DNA of 64,000 nt from the human T2T-CHM13v2.0 reference genome, Homo sapiens: assembly GCF_009914755.1 (NCBI RefSeq), contig NC_060929.1, one strand, 5' to 3'. The position numbers and the translations under genes were made by a program. Shown piece after piece: positions 41,301-56,350 of this stretch. Numbering within the stretch: position 1 is the first letter of the stretch; every line of letters begins with the position of its first letter. The notes under the pieces are model-generated. The model made no database searches. It was not told the origin of the DNA and worked only from the letters and a program-made list of their open reading frames with translations.

Positions 41301-42879
41301 TACCCACATGTGGGGACACTTGAACGTTTAGCAACTTGAGGGTAAGGCATCAATAAATCTGTGTTTGAGAGCTTTAAATAACAAATCCTTTTTTATTATG
41401 TAAGTTTAATCAGAAGCTTTATAAAAAGGACATGATAGAAGACGGTAGAGGCAGCATGATGCCTCTAGTTATGACTACCACTTGTGCCACTCCCTCAACT
41501 TTACCAGGTAAATAAGGACAAACCTCCAGAGTCGGGCCTAGTTGGGGCCTCTTTCCCTCAGCCTGCACAAAGGCAATGCTTCTAACCGGTCTCAGGACTT
41601 CTGATCCTCCCATAGCACAAATTCAGTTTTGTATGCCTAGAATCCTCCATGGCTCTCCCTGGCCTACAGGGAAAGGTCCCAAGTTGAACAGGGCATGAGG
41701 CTCTAGCTTTTTCATGCCAGCCTAAGTCCCCAGTGCCATCTCTGTGCACCTCCTCACAGTGGCCCCGTGCTTAAGTTCCACCAAATGTGTAAACATGTCA
41801 GGCTCTGTGGTGCCTCAGTGTTCCCGCACAGACAGATCATCTACCTGGAATGTCCTTCCCACTCCACTCTTCCTTGTCCCTTTAACAAATATCAACTCGT
41901 CCTTCAAATTTCAGTGCACACTGTTCCAAATCCAACCTTCCCCAGTGTTCTCAGGTCGTAATGCATATGCTTACATTACTACATATAATATTATATAGCA
42001 ATGATTTATAAAACCATCTTTCTCACCAAACTGAGCACAATGAAGATTTTTTCCCTGGGAAAAAATATGTGCAACAAATATGACAAGTGTCACTATACTT
42101 AGGATATACAAATGGCTAAAAAAGATGCTAAAGCAAGATGAATACCTTCAATAGAAATAAAAATATGCAACTCACATACTAAGAAATATAAATAGGCAAT
42201 AAACATGAAAATGACGTGAAACCATATTTCTACTGATTGGAAAAGGTTAATAAGAATGATACTAGATACTACCCTGGACAATGTGGAGAAATTGGAACCC
42301 AACCTGTAGTTGTGTAAAGCCACAGGCCACATGCTCCAGGGAGGCCCAAGCACTTAACCTGTACTCTCTCAACCCTCCAAAGAGGTTTGGTATTTTTCAC
42401 ATGGCATGCATGAGGAAATAGATTAAGTGACTTATCCAAAGTATTGTGGCTCGTAAGGAGCAAAGCCAGAATTTGAACCTAGACTTGCAATTATGACTCT
42501 AGAGTCTGAATTGTGAGCCATTATGTTGTCTTTCCAATTGAAAGCCTTTCACTCAATAACAGTAAGAATGATGAAGATAAACCAAGGCTACAAATATTTA
42601 TCAAGAGCTCACTATGTGGTAGGCTCCATTCAAGCACTTCACATGCAACTTATGATCTACTTCTAGGAAATTCTCCTCAGGAGATATCAGACAAGATTTC
42701 AAAGGTGTGTTCACTAAATGCACTTATAATTTAAATGAAATAACCTGAATGTTCATCAATTTGGGATTGAGTAAAGAAGATGACATCTCTGCATGCATTC
42801 CAGCCCACTTCTCTCTTTCTGTACTCTTAATAATTTCTCAATCATGTTAATTAAAATCTATATGTGGTAATTTAAAAAT

Positions 42880-43995
42880 TTATCTTACCCTTCCTTCCTC
42901 CCAGATTTATATGCCACTTTCTACCTGACTTTTCTCCAGATATACGTACAACTTGTCACCTGGAAGTCTCATAGGTGTCTTGAACTATGTCCAAAACTGA
43001 TTGATTCATAACCCTCCTAAATTTGTTCTTCCCCTAACCTACACCCTCTCAAAATATAGCTAATTTATTCAAGCAAAAAAACCTAGCAGTCACCCTTGAG
43101 TCATTCCTTTCCTTCCCTATCGGCCTCTACCCACTCCCCATGTACTACCAGCTGCTACACCTTCAAATGCATGCCGAAGGAAAAAACACCCATCATCCTC
43201 ATTGCCACCCCCAAATTAAGCGCACCAACCTCTTTTGCCTGAACTGCTATAAGAGCCTCTGAAGTGGTCCTCTTGTTTCCAGTCTTGCTCCCCACCAATC
43301 CACTCCGCACAAAGCAGAACCTTTCAAAAACAGCCATCAGATCATGTCACTCCCCAGTTTAAAACCGTCTAGTGGATTCTCCTTATAAGCACACCCCACT
43401 CTCTGTCCTGCATCCCCTTCCACACTCTTCACATACACGTCTCTCCTTTGGTCACCGGCTTCCAGTCTCCTCCAGGGCCTTCTTCCATTCCTCACATGCA
43501 CCAAGCTTGATCCACCAAGGGCCCTGGCACTTGTCATTCCTATCATGGGGAATCACCTTCCCCTGACTCTTCTCATCATTCAAATTAACACTCACTTCCT
43601 CAGGAAGGCCTCTACTCATCACCTAGAAAGGGGGACAATTCCCTGCTTGCCTCCCTCCCCCAAATCCCGCACCACAACCACACACTGCTCACTCTTCCTT
43701 GTGGTATCCTATTTTATATCCTTCAGCGTACACATCAATACCTAGAGGTATCTATGCATACATAATTCCTGACTTATTGTCCCTCCCTCCCCACCTAGAT
43801 GCTGAGCTCTATGAGTATCCAGTACTGAATATCCAGCATGACCTGAGAGTTCAGCATAGGTGGGGAGGAAGAGACAGAGAGCAGGCTCCTGTTCAGCACT
43901 CCTCTTCAGCGCTATAGCCCCCAAGAGCTAGAAAAACTGCCTGGCACACAAAAAGTGTGCAGTAAATATTTGTTAAGTAAACTGAATAATGGATG
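42880..43995 (-). mobile_element. L2 fragments
   Basis: aaacctagcagtcacccttgagtc..tcattgccacc..tcagatcatgtcactcccc..ctgcctggcacacaaaaagtg..agtaaatatttgttaagt. Confidence 0.65.
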
Positions 43996-44066
43996 AATAA
44001 ACTGAATCTAGTGTGCAGTTATGCACCATGGAAGATTATTAATATAAGTTAAAAAACTTAAATCAT

Positions 44067-44372
<306 letters not shown>

Positions 44373-44658
44373 TTACAAGACAGAATGTACATACGGTTTA
44401 ACATATTTGGAGATGTAGACATAAATATATGTGTGTGTGTGTGTATGTGTGTGTGTGTATACACATATATATATGCACAGAAATTAATCTAGAAGGATAT
44501 GTAACAATGTTGCCTGGGGTTATCTCTGAATGGTGAAACTAAAATTTTTTTTTGTATTTTTACTTATATTCCCTGAGCTTCCTTAATTTTTATAAAATGA
44601 GCATTTTTACTTTTATAATTTTTAAAAAGCTACTTATGTTTAAAAAAATAACAATCCA

Positions 44659-45053
<395 letters not shown>

Positions 45054-46240
45054 TCAAATAAATGTGGAGAAAATTCAACTGTATCAAAAGTCTTAAAGAT
45101 ATTTAGTTGTTTTGACTCAATAAACCAATTTTAAGGGAAGAATGTGAAATTTATTGGAGAAGGGGAAAAATCCAGCTTTATGCTTAAATATATTTACTGT
45201 AACTTTAATTACGAACTGGAAAAATTTAAAACAATGTAAATGCTCAAGTTATGGTTCATCCAGAGAATAAAATGTTACACAGTCATCAATACATACTAAA
45301 GAATTTTTAGCAACATGAAGAAACATATATACGCCATTACATGAAAAGATAAGGAACAAAACTGAATATCCAGTATGACCTGAACTATATGAAAAAAGTG
45401 AAGGAAAAGATGGGCAAAGAAATGTTACCTACCATAGTTTAAAACTGGCAGGCTTTGCCTTTAGATGTGTTTTGTTTGAACCATATACATAAAAAAAACA
45501 AAATTTAAAAACCCTTGAATTATTTGTCAATATTGCAAAATGGAGTGTTTAAAAATCAAAATTAAGAAGCTCTGGAAATACTCATTCCACATCTCACAGG
45601 ATAACAATCAACTCCAGGTAAGAGCAGTTACTCCTTCCTAAGAACATGTGTTCTGGAGTTTTTCATAGTTCTCACCTTTCCTTACTGGTCTTCAAAACTG
45701 AGACAAGTTCCAGTTGCCATTTACCATCTAGATTGTCAATGTTGTCTATCTTGCAGTAGAGTTAAAGAGAAAGTGATATATTTCTGATTGTCTCTATATC
45801 AAAAGCATAAAGACAAAAGGCAGGACAGGCCCACTTCTGCCATTTATGTAACGTCCACTGTCCCTGTAAGCATTTGAGTTTTTGATCCCAGCAATGCAGC
45901 CTGTGGAATGTACTGAGTTCAGCACTCACAGCTTTGACTATTTGTGAGCTGAAAAAGTTTCAAAACAGTCATCTGTAATTTTATTGAAGCTGGCCTTCAG
46001 GAAAGGGTGAGTTGGCAAAGTCCTAAGTCTAGCCAGCGACCCAATGTCTACATGTCAACACAGCTTGGTTGCTCTCCAGTCACCATTACATACTCAGTGC
46101 AGCTCATACAGTGTTTCTTTGTGAAAAGTAAATCCCCAACACCCCCAAAAGAAAGCTAACTGCCAGTTCCAGTGGGGGCAAGGGGAGTAAAGTCCATGTA
46201 AGGCAATGGTATGGGGTAGAACAATGTGAGATAGAAGTAA

Positions 46241-46459
46241 TATGTATCTATATGTACAATTTGTCACCTGCAAGTCTTGTCACCTCCAGTGTGACGAGAT
46301 AGATAGAATACATATCTATATGCACAACTTGTCACCTGCAAGTCTCACACGTATCTTAAACTGTGTCCAAAAATGATTCTTGATTCATAACTCTCCTAAA
46401 TTTGTTCTTCCCCTAACTTACACCCTCTCAAAATATGGCTAATTTATTAAAGCAAAAAA
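46241..46459 (+). repeat. Complex insertion containing a copy of 42941-43080
   Basis: 46317-46459 aligns with 42941-43080; partial repeats at 46249-46285; AGAAGTAA on both sides. Confidence 0.85.
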
Positions 46460-46774
46460 AGAAGTAAAATGGTGACTTTGCTGTTGGTTACACAACCTGT
46501 GATGTAACTTATCCTACCATGAATTCTACACAGGAACATGAAAACATGACTCAAGAAATTTTCTTTTTTTTATTTGGCCGTATGAGGAAAATAAAATGCA
46601 AGCTCAGTATTTGTCATAGATTCCAAGACGTATCTTTCACGACTACTGAGGGTCTACATGTTATCAAAATATTTAGAACAGTTGCCAACTTTAAAAAAAA
46701 AGTCCCTACATAAAACTAATTACAAAACTAATGTAGTTTTACACACTGTCAAATGGAAACATTATTTTTAAATA

Positions 46775-47110
46775 TAGTCACGTGTGCTTAATGACAAGGA
46801 TACAGTTCTGAGAGACGTGCTAGGCAATTTTGTTGTTGTGTGAACATCATAGAGTGTACTTACACAAACCTACATGGTATAGTCTACTAGACACCTAGGC
46901 TATATGGTATAATAGCCTATTGCTCCTAAGGCTATAAATCTGTGCACCGTTACTGTACTGAATACTGAAGGCAACTGTAACAGAACGGAAGTATTTGGGT
47001 ATCTAAACATAAAAAAGGTACAGTAAAAATATAGTATCATAATCTAATGAGACCACCATCATATATATGGTCTGTTACTGACCTAAACATCTTTCTATGG
47101 TACACGACTA
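46775..47110. mobile_element. Tigger3a/MER7A DNA transposon
   Basis: gtgtgaacatcatagagtgtacttacacaaacct..cacctaggctatatggtat..gcctattgctcct..aaaaggtacagtaaaaata; ends tagtcacgtg / cacgacta. Confidence 0.85.
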
Positions 47111-48329
47111 TAAATGCTTTATTGCCACTCTCTCTCAGTAAGATCATGTGCTAGAATTTCTCAAGTGGGATAGCCATAAATTCCATGCATCCTAGATTTG
47201 CTAGGAGGAGCTCATTTTCAATAATTTTACAAAAGATAATCTCAAAAAGGCATGAGGTCATACTTAAGATAATGAAAGATTATCCTTCACAGAAGATATA
47301 TAGTAGCAATTTTAAGCCTATTAACCTAGGATATTCTCACACTTGTGTAATGTAAGTCATCACTAAATCATTCATGAATGTCAACGAAGTGAAATAACCT
47401 AGTATGTTCCTCATATACAGTAGTTTGTTGAATAAGCAGGAGGCAATGTTTGTGTTCAGTAAGATGTAACATCACAACAAAATTCCTTTTAAAATCAGAG
47501 GAGAGAAAATGAGAACTACTTGATACTTAACTGCAGTAACTATCTATTTATTGAGTGGGCCTCCTGGCTTTGAACCACATTGGTCACTTCCATATGTCAT
47601 TCACAGGGCAGAGACATGTGGGTCCAGGACACTGCTGCAAATCTGATGCCTACCTAGTGCCTGTTAAAGAAAAGGCACTCAACAGTGACTTGAATGACTC
47701 ACATCCCACTCTAACACCTCTATAAAAGGAAAGAAAGATCAGACCCTGACCTTCAAAAATTTATACAGGACTATTCAAGACAACAACAGAAAAAGAAGAA
47801 AAATGCCTTCAATTCAAAATAAAATGTATTGGCAATGGAAGGCATTTCAGTTTTAAAGTAAATAAAACTCGACAAAGTATTTCCCAGTGACCAGAAGCAA
47901 CAAAATAGTTTGTCAGAATGCCCTGAAATGCTTTCCGTAACAGTTTGATAAAACTTACATAACACAATTATTCTGCTTGGAAATTCTGTATTAAGAATAG
48001 AATACTGGCTTTAATCACCATATCAGATCAGTGAGATCAAGGTAACGTTTATTAAATACTACATGTGGGCACCGTGAGCTGGATATTATTATCCCCATTT
48101 CACAGATAAGGAAATACAAAACTTGCCCAAGTTCACACAACCAGTAGTAGCAAATGGGAAATGGGATCTGATCCAAGACTCTTCACCACACGGCATGCTT
48201 TATGTGTGGGAAATCCAGGAAAGTAAAAAGAATAACAGTCAATTGTAATTTCCACACATGAAAGACAGTATCACCTAACATTCGGCCTATAGTCTTCCTG
48301 GCATTTTACTACATAATATGTAGAAAATT

Positions 48330-48331
<2 letters not shown>

Positions 48332-48370
<39 letters not shown>
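48332..48370. repeat. (CA)~19 microsatellite
   Basis: Uninterrupted CA run. Confidence 0.95.
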
Positions 48371-48373
<3 letters not shown>

Positions 48374-48593
48374 CATAAGCAAAAACAAGGATCAACGTAC
48401 CCATATGTTTTACAATCTGCTTTTTCAGTTTACAAATATTGAGTATCTTTCCACATCTATAAATATTCCCCTACATCACTGTTAAAGAAAGGGTATTCTA
48501 TCACATGTATGCACCACAATTCATTTAATGAGTCCCCCTATTATTGAGCATTTAAGGTGTTTCTAGTTTATAACTATTATAAACAAACTTACA

Positions 48594-48890
<297 letters not shown>

Positions 48891-51800
48891 TTACAAAAAT
48901 TATTTTTGCAAATTAGAGGAGGGTTTTTTTAAATGTATTTTTTTTGTGGTGGTCACTAGAATCTGGAAGTGAGTTTTTTCCAAATTTCAGAGGACCTCCC
49001 TCCAGATTTTGGTACATCCCAGTAAGTAGGCTTCTTAAGAATCACTGCGAGGAGAAAGGTATCGACAGGAGTATGGTGCACAAATGCACTATAACCACTG
49101 CTAAAGACTGGTCACTGTACACATACTTTATCGTTTCTCCTTTGTTTACATTGCTAGCGGTGAACATGCCTGACTAAGGGACGGGGCACATTTTTGAGGC
49201 TTCTGATGAGTAATACAAAATTGCCCTCCTGTAAAGTTATAACAATTGAAACACCCACCAACAGCATTTGAAAGTGACAATTTCCAAAATCCTCCAGTTG
49301 ATTAGATTTGGTTTTAAACAATCATATCCCCATATGGCCATAAATTTTTAAAATAGCTGAGCTATTGATAAAGCACAACTGAAAAAAAAACAGGGAAAAA
49401 TTCAAACAATAAATGCTAGATTTTAAAGCATCTGTTTTCAAATACAAAATATAAAACTTAATGATACCAGATACCAGTAGGCTGAACTTAACAGAATGGC
49501 TTTAGAAAATCCAGTGATAACAGACTTTGAAAGGTACCAAGCTAAGATGTAAAACACTGCACCTTCGTTTGCCTGTCTGGCTTAAGAGTTTGGGTTTTAA
49601 TAGCAACATGCTCTATTTTTCTAACAAGAAACTCATAAAACTGTATATTCTTTCAGATTGTATAAGTACTGTCTTATAGCTAACATGGCAATCTGAAGTT
49701 CTTAAAATTCCTTTAGATAATCACTTATTCAACAAATATGTGAACGTCTACTATAGACTAGGCACTGTTCTAATGCTAGGGACACGGTGGTAAATCTCGC
49801 AAAAGTTCCTGCCCTTGAGGAGCTGTTGGTTCTAGAGAGGAGTTGAGAACCCTGCACTTAAAGAGTCCGAAGATCATGGTTACACTGCCAATCAGGACTC
49901 CTGGATTCTTCGGCAAATTATAACACCACCTCTGGGTCTAAGTTTCTTTATCTTAAGAAGCTGACCAGATGGATCTGAAGGGCCTTCCAGCTTTCAATCA
50001 AGTTATCTACTTTACTTGATTTTTGTTTAAGTGCTTAATTTTCTATTATTCATAAGAGCTATGCATTTTAAGCTCTAAATAGTTTTTCCACAAAATCAGA
50101 CTCTCCCAAAAGAACAATTTTACATTTACAGTAAAATTGTGGTGATCCAGGCAACTTCAAGGAATAAATGTAGTCATGATGAAGTTCCAGCAAGAAGAAA
50201 ATGTATGCTCCTAACTTTAACTGTTTCTATGGAGATGTTTTTGCAATGGTCTTGCCTCCTTCACCTTTGTACTGCATTATAAACACTAAGGCATGAAGCA
50301 TGGCAGGGCTATGGGTCTCCAGGCCCGTTGCATGGAAACAGTTGGCATCCTGTCCCCATGCAGCAGGCGCCTTAGTGCTTACTGTGGCACTCGGGTGTCC
50401 TCAGGGGCTGCAGCCTAAAGTCCTGGTGGCGATTCTCATCTCTCTCCCACTCACCTTACCTCCAACTCGACAGGTACAACAATTCTGCCTGAAGTCTACA
50501 TCTCACTGCCCCATTAGCATTTCTGTCACCTCTTGCTATTTTCCACCAGATGTTCCACAATTCAACAGTCCTCGGATTCAAGGTGTCTTTGGAGAAGCCC
50601 ACTTTGGGGAGAAGTTAAAAGAAGGTATTGCAAGAGGCCTCAGTATTCCAAGGCATTCTCTGGAAGAGCACCACACATACACTTTAGGTAGTGATATCAC
50701 CGCCTTGTGGCCTCTAAGGATACTGCCGCTTAGTAATATAGCATATAAACAATGATTCCAATTCTTTCTCTGTATCTGCCTTACAAACCAGAAGAATGAT
50801 TGGAAGCCAAGATTTTCACCTCTGTGCAAAAGTATAGAAAAAATCCACCTACCAGAAGTTTTTCCTCAACTTCCAACATGAAAGCATAGAATAGTATCTC
50901 CCAAACACATATCTTTGCTCACCTGAGCAGTACCAGCAGCAACATCCTATAAGAATGCATGTGTTGTCATTTTAGACAACGTAAGACAAATTTGCAATTC
51001 CCATATTTCACAAAAGGAAAGGTAAAGGAATTGGTAAAAGTACTTTAACTCGGGCATCTAAGCCTCTAAATTTACCCCAACTGGTAGGTGTTTCTACTCT
51101 TTTACTGAAGAGCTTTTACTATATCAGGACAAAAGGACACAGGCTTCTTTACTGAAGACTGAGGACCTAAAGAACCCTCCTTTACATATAATTTGCACAG
51201 AACTTAAGAGAAACAGTTGGAAATAAAATTGTCTTAAGTAGAAACTGCTTATTATGCTAAGTTATTAATTGATTAAGATAGGAAATAAAAAAGTTAAAAA
51301 CCATCATTCTGGAAGATCACAACACTTCTAATATGGAACAGGAGTCCAAAAGTCACAGGAGAAAGATGTAGATTCTTATTAGACATCTATAACAATTGCT
51401 TGGCATAAAACTCATTTCCCAAGTTTTCAATTAATATTTAGAATGACAGATTAGAAGTTGGGAAAAGGAAATGCCACAAATTATTGATATTCCCTATAGG
51501 GCAGGCACACATTCCTCCTGTGAGAATAAAAGTACCTACATATATTTTATCTACTCATTAGTCTGTCATCTGGCCCAAAGAATTAAAACATTCAATACAC
51601 ACACCCACACACAAAAGGCATCTTTGAACTCTTACACTTATACAAATGGCTATTCCACGGAAATAAAAGATAAAAATGCTCACCTTTCTGAAAATCTCTC
51701 ATAAATCACTATAATTTACTGAAAAGGTTTGTTTTTAAGGTTTTACACTTGAATTTCATGGAAGAGCAGTCAAGTGTAATTGACTTAAAGCAACAGTTTG

Positions 51801-52169
51801 ACAAAAGTGATAATTTGAAAGAAAAGTGATAACAGTATAACCGATTGGCTGATGTCAAAGGCCAGAGCCAAGCTGGAAAACTAAAAGACTCCCGAATCTA
51901 AGTATTTTGACCAAAAGCAGGTAAGATTATTTCGTAAATTCTCTAATTATTCATTTACTCAATAACTATTCATAGCCCACTATGTGATGAAGGTGGTTCC
52001 TGGTGCTGCAAATGCAATGGGTAACAAGCAGATGTGTTGCTAGCCCCCTGGAGCTTCCAGCCTATAGAGGAACTCCACCACTCACATCTTTCCCACGTCT
52101 GTAAACATTTCTTGACATGCAACACATATGGGCACCAACCCCAGCCCACTCTTCTTCTGCCTGCAGCTC

Positions 52170-52605
52170 TCTCCTTTCCTTTCACCAACTCCAGCCACAG
52201 AGGTGGTCCTCTGTCCCTCAGGTATGCAAGGCTCAGTCCTGCTCCAGGGCCTTTGCACTTGCCCTTCCCTCTGCCTAAGCCACTCTTCTTTCAGATCTCC
52301 AAAATCATAGGCTTCTTCCCCCTCATTCAACTCTCAGCTCAGACCCCTCCACCCCAGAGAGGCTTCTCAGGCCACTTGATGTAAAACAGCAGCCCACATC
52401 CTGTCCCATTCTGCCATGCAACCCTGATTGCTTTCTTTCACAGCACTTAGCACTATCTAGTCACCATCACTTATTGTATCTTTGCTTCTTATCCATCTCC
52501 TTCGCTGAGATTATAGCAGGGTCTGTCTGTCCTGTGCAGTGCCATAATTTAGTCCCTAGAAAGTTGTCTGGAATATTAACAGATGCCCAATAAACACCTA
52601 TTTCA
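52170..52605 (-). mobile_element. L2 fragment
   Basis: ctccagccac..cagggcctttgcacttgcccttccctctgcct..tctcagctcagac..cttctcaggccac..cagcacttagcactatct. Confidence 0.7.
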
Positions 52606-52702
52606 GAAAAAATACAGACAACGTTAGCAGTTTTGTATCACAACAGTACCAAATAAAAGGCAAGAGAATGCCTTAAATTCTAAGAGGAGTTTGGACCATT
52701 TA

Positions 52703-52705
<3 letters not shown>

Positions 52706-52750
<45 letters not shown>
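52706..52750. repeat. (TA)~22 microsatellite
   Basis: Uninterrupted TA run. Confidence 0.95.
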
Positions 52751-52758
<8 letters not shown>

Positions 52759-55179
52759 TGTATATATTTTAAAAGATTATGATAGCTTACACTAGTCCTA
52801 AAAGCCCTCAAAAATAAGCATAATGAAAATACTGAAGCTCAACATTGGCTAATGTTCAAGCTTTATAATGTATTAGGCTCAATTTCTAGCATTAGCATTA
52901 CTTTTACAATTTATTCTTTTTCAAGAGCATGCTGACGAGACCCCAATTTTTTTGTTTTAAAGAAAAGCAAGAGCTAAGTATGTTTTAAAAGCATCCATCC
53001 CCTTAAAAGTTATTAACCCCATCATAAACTGTAAAATCTGTAACCATATTATACTAACATTAAAATATAAGATACTGGTGATAATCTACAGAAGGCAGGG
53101 ATTTGAGTGCCTAATGGCAACCGAATTTTATGAAACATAAACTACCCTCATCTTCAATTTAATCAAAGGTACAAGCTGCCTCTCTACGTTCAAAAATATT
53201 TAAACACTTAAGAATTTTTCCTCAGATTATTCTTTAAAATGTGTATCTGTTCCTTCTTTTCTTTTGTTAAAACAAAGAGCCAAGTTGTTACCCAAGGAAT
53301 AATGACTTTAGTTACTGACCATCATGGCTCCCACTTCACAGCAAAGATGCCAAAGACTCTTATGGATTACTGTGAAGTTATATAGAAGCAAACAGTGTAT
53401 GCTGGGGAGAAGGCACACTTATTTCCTGGAAGGTGATATAAAGAAACAAATGACTACTGCCTTTAGGCCTTTGGGAATAACCAAATCCACTTAAAAACCT
53501 CAAAAACTAATGCTTTACAATTTCATAGCAAATTATTAGAAACAACCTACATATATCACAATGAAGAGATTAAATAAATTATGGTCCATCCCTAATGGAG
53601 TACTCAGCAGCTGTTAGAGAATGAGGCAGATTCTCTTAGATACCAATGGAGACTGCCATGATTTAGTACTCTGGGGAGGGAAGCGGGGCAGGGGGAGCTG
53701 GTGCACAGTATACAATGGGTCCTCATCTTTAGGAATACAAACAAAAAGAACACGTACAGAATGTTTACATGAGCATAGGCTATGTCTGGAAAGACATACA
53801 CAAGGAGCCAGTAGCTGTGGAACATGATGGGAGAGAGGTATACTCCGTATCTTTTATATCTATTGAATCTTCTCCAGTGTGAATAGATTACCTGCTGCAC
53901 AATTAATGTAAGAAAAATGCACACTATTACCAACATATTTGTCAAGGATGACCATTCAGAAGCAAATTTTTCAAAAATCACAAAAGTTTTGCTCCTTCAA
54001 CAGCAGAGTCCCTGATTCTCATTCCCCAGAAGAGAATACAAGTCTCCACTAATCAAGAGGCTTGCTAGTGATCTCACTCACCTATTACAAAGCAAAGAAG
54101 TCTCAATTCAATTCTTGAAGAGGAAATAGCTGCTCCGATCACCTTGGGAACACATCATATATTTAAATTGAGCTTGCAACTAACTCCCTAATGAAGTTTC
54201 CAAATGAACAGTTGCCCCCGACTATAAAGCATAAAGTCAACGTAGAAGACAACTAAAAGAATGGTCTCGTGTTTTTAAAAAACACATTATACTTAGGCTT
54301 CCTTTTCTCTGCCAGGCTTAGACAAGAAACTCTCTGGTAACAGTGAAATGTAATTTCAGATCTGTGACAAAATAATCATGTAAGGGGAAGGGCAAGTAGC
54401 ATTCGCGCTGAAAAAACTCCTTGGTTTTTCCACTTGTGAAAAGGAAAGGTTTGCCTTAAATTTAATTTCTGTACCATTTCTGGACCCCTGCCTAAACGAT
54501 ACTACTATATCACATTAATCTTACTTCAAGCAAATACTTTTTAAAATTAAAAACTAATCTGAAACTGAACAGGAATCGGAAGACAAACTTTAAACTGAAA
54601 CTTTTCTGTTGAAAGAATGTATCTTTTAAAGACACATAAAAAGAAATGCAAAGAACCGATTTCCATATAAATGCCACTCAATAACAATACAGGTTATAAC
54701 AATATTTGACTGCATTAAACATTCAAAAAGGAACACAAAGATACCCAACTGCAAATAAAAGACCTCATATATTTTTGGTAGCGGAATGTGGGGGGTGGGG
54801 GGCAAAAATCACATTAATTCAGATTAATCATGTAAATTCAGAACACGTGATGTGCAGTTTTGTGTCGCTCAGAACTCCTGAATCCAGCTTTGTGCTTTTA
54901 CACAACATAACAGAAATGGCATCTTTCACAAAGCCTAACTTTGACCTCCAACACTTTAACTTTGGGTTTAACCAGTACACCACCTTCGGAAGTTAGCACA
55001 TAAAAATACAGGTAAGTCAAATGCACTACGGATACAGAAAGGACGAGGAACAGGTTTAAAGGGGAGTTGAAGCAGAGGGGCACGAAATCACCTGGCAGGT
55101 CACCTCTCCGAAGGAAAAACATTTCAAGCTCCCTCCCATCCCCCAGGTAACCTCTGGCCTCAGAACTCACTGCCCTGCG

Positions 55180-56350
55180 TGGGGCAGAAGTTCTGGGCGC
55201 TGGAGTCCGCGTCCCCCAGGACACGAGGGTGACCCAAGGGCGCGCGGAGAGCGGCGGGACCCGGAGCGGCGCTCTCCGGGGTCACTCCCCTAGGACGCTC
55301 CGCAGAGCTGGGAGCGCTGCCCCACCCCGCCCGGGCCGCCCCTGGGGACCCCGCTCGGGGCTCCGCGGCTCCCCTGCTCCGCGCCGCGCCCACCCGCCCC
55401 CAGGACTCACGGTACGCTCCCGCGCCGCTATCTTGCCATCCCCTGCCGCCGGCTCTGTAGCCTCGGCCGCCGCCCCGGGGCTGCCCAGATCCCACAGCCG
55501 CCCGGGGGCAGGAGCCGCCAAGGAGGGGGCCGGGCACAATGCGCCGCCGCCTCCGCAGCCGCCGTCTCGCCTCCCCTGTGTCGGCGCGAGGCTGCTTGAG
55601 GCGGCCACGGGCGAAGGGCGGCCCGCTGCGCTCCGCGAACCCCGCGGGCCGCCGCCGCCGCCAGAGCCTCCCAGAGGCAACGGTAACGGCCACCGCCACG
55701 GCCGAGTCGCTCCAGCCGGGACTGCGGCGCGCGGGGGCGGCGCCTGCACGCCGCTCGGCTGGGGGCGCAGCGGGCCCGGCCCCGCCCCTGACCCGCCCCT
55801 GCCCCCGGCCCCGGCCCCGCCCCAACCCGCGCGCCCCCGCCGATCCCCGGCCGCGCGCCCGCGCGCGCGGGTGCTCCAAGGAGTCGGAGGAACGCGGCCG
55901 CGCGACGGGCCCCGGACGCCGAGGGTGGTGCTTCCTCCGAGCCTCCGGTGGTGAGGCCGCTCTCAGAAGGTCATGGAAGCGCAGGGGAGAGCGAGGCGGC
56001 CGAGCCCAGGCAAATCCTCGAGAAAGGCCGAGTGCGCGACGGCTCTGCGGGGAGGACCGCGCCTCCCCGAATGCGGCCGCTGCTGCCGCTGCAAACAGTG
56101 CCTTGAGGAGAGGAAAGCGGGGAACCGTGTTTTCGCCGCCTCTGTAACCACTGCACACAAGAAAACCAGCTTCTGGGAGAGGGGGATGATTGTTGGGACT
56201 TTGCGAATTACCTAAACAGCCCAGGGCCGAGGCGCCGCCGCTCGCGTCCTGGTCCTCCTGCCGGGTGTGGGGCTCCCCTGCCCGAGATGGCCAGCGGGCG
56301 CGCCGAGAGTATCCTGGAGCCATCTAGTCTTGCCTCGGAGGCGGGGTGGG
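55180..56350. promoter_or_regulatory. CpG island, bidirectional promoter of LIFR and LIFR-AS1
   Basis: Abrupt switch to very high GC and dense CpG in an AT-rich background; no TATA box seen; GC boxes CCCCGCCCC at 55780-55788 and 55815-55823, CCCGCCCC at 55792-55799. Confidence 0.95.
55411..55720 (-). other. LIFR: LIFR non-coding exon 1 (proximal promoter); 5' end approximate
   Basis: Donor ..GCGTACC|GTGAGT at 55411/55410 inside the CpG island, just downstream of the GC boxes; exon 2 supplies only 19 nt of UTR, so an upstream exon is required. Confidence 0.8.

Noticed and set aside
50300-50755. 151-aa ATG-initiated ORF antisense in intron 1
   Set aside because: No recognisable motif, splice structure or coding signature; compatible with chance in 64 kb across six frames.
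55160-56323. Long overlapping ORFs (387, 241, 202, 155 aa) in the CpG island
   Set aside because: Low-complexity R/G/P/A-rich translations open in several frames on both strands; expected from stop-codon scarcity at very high GC; no recognisable domain.
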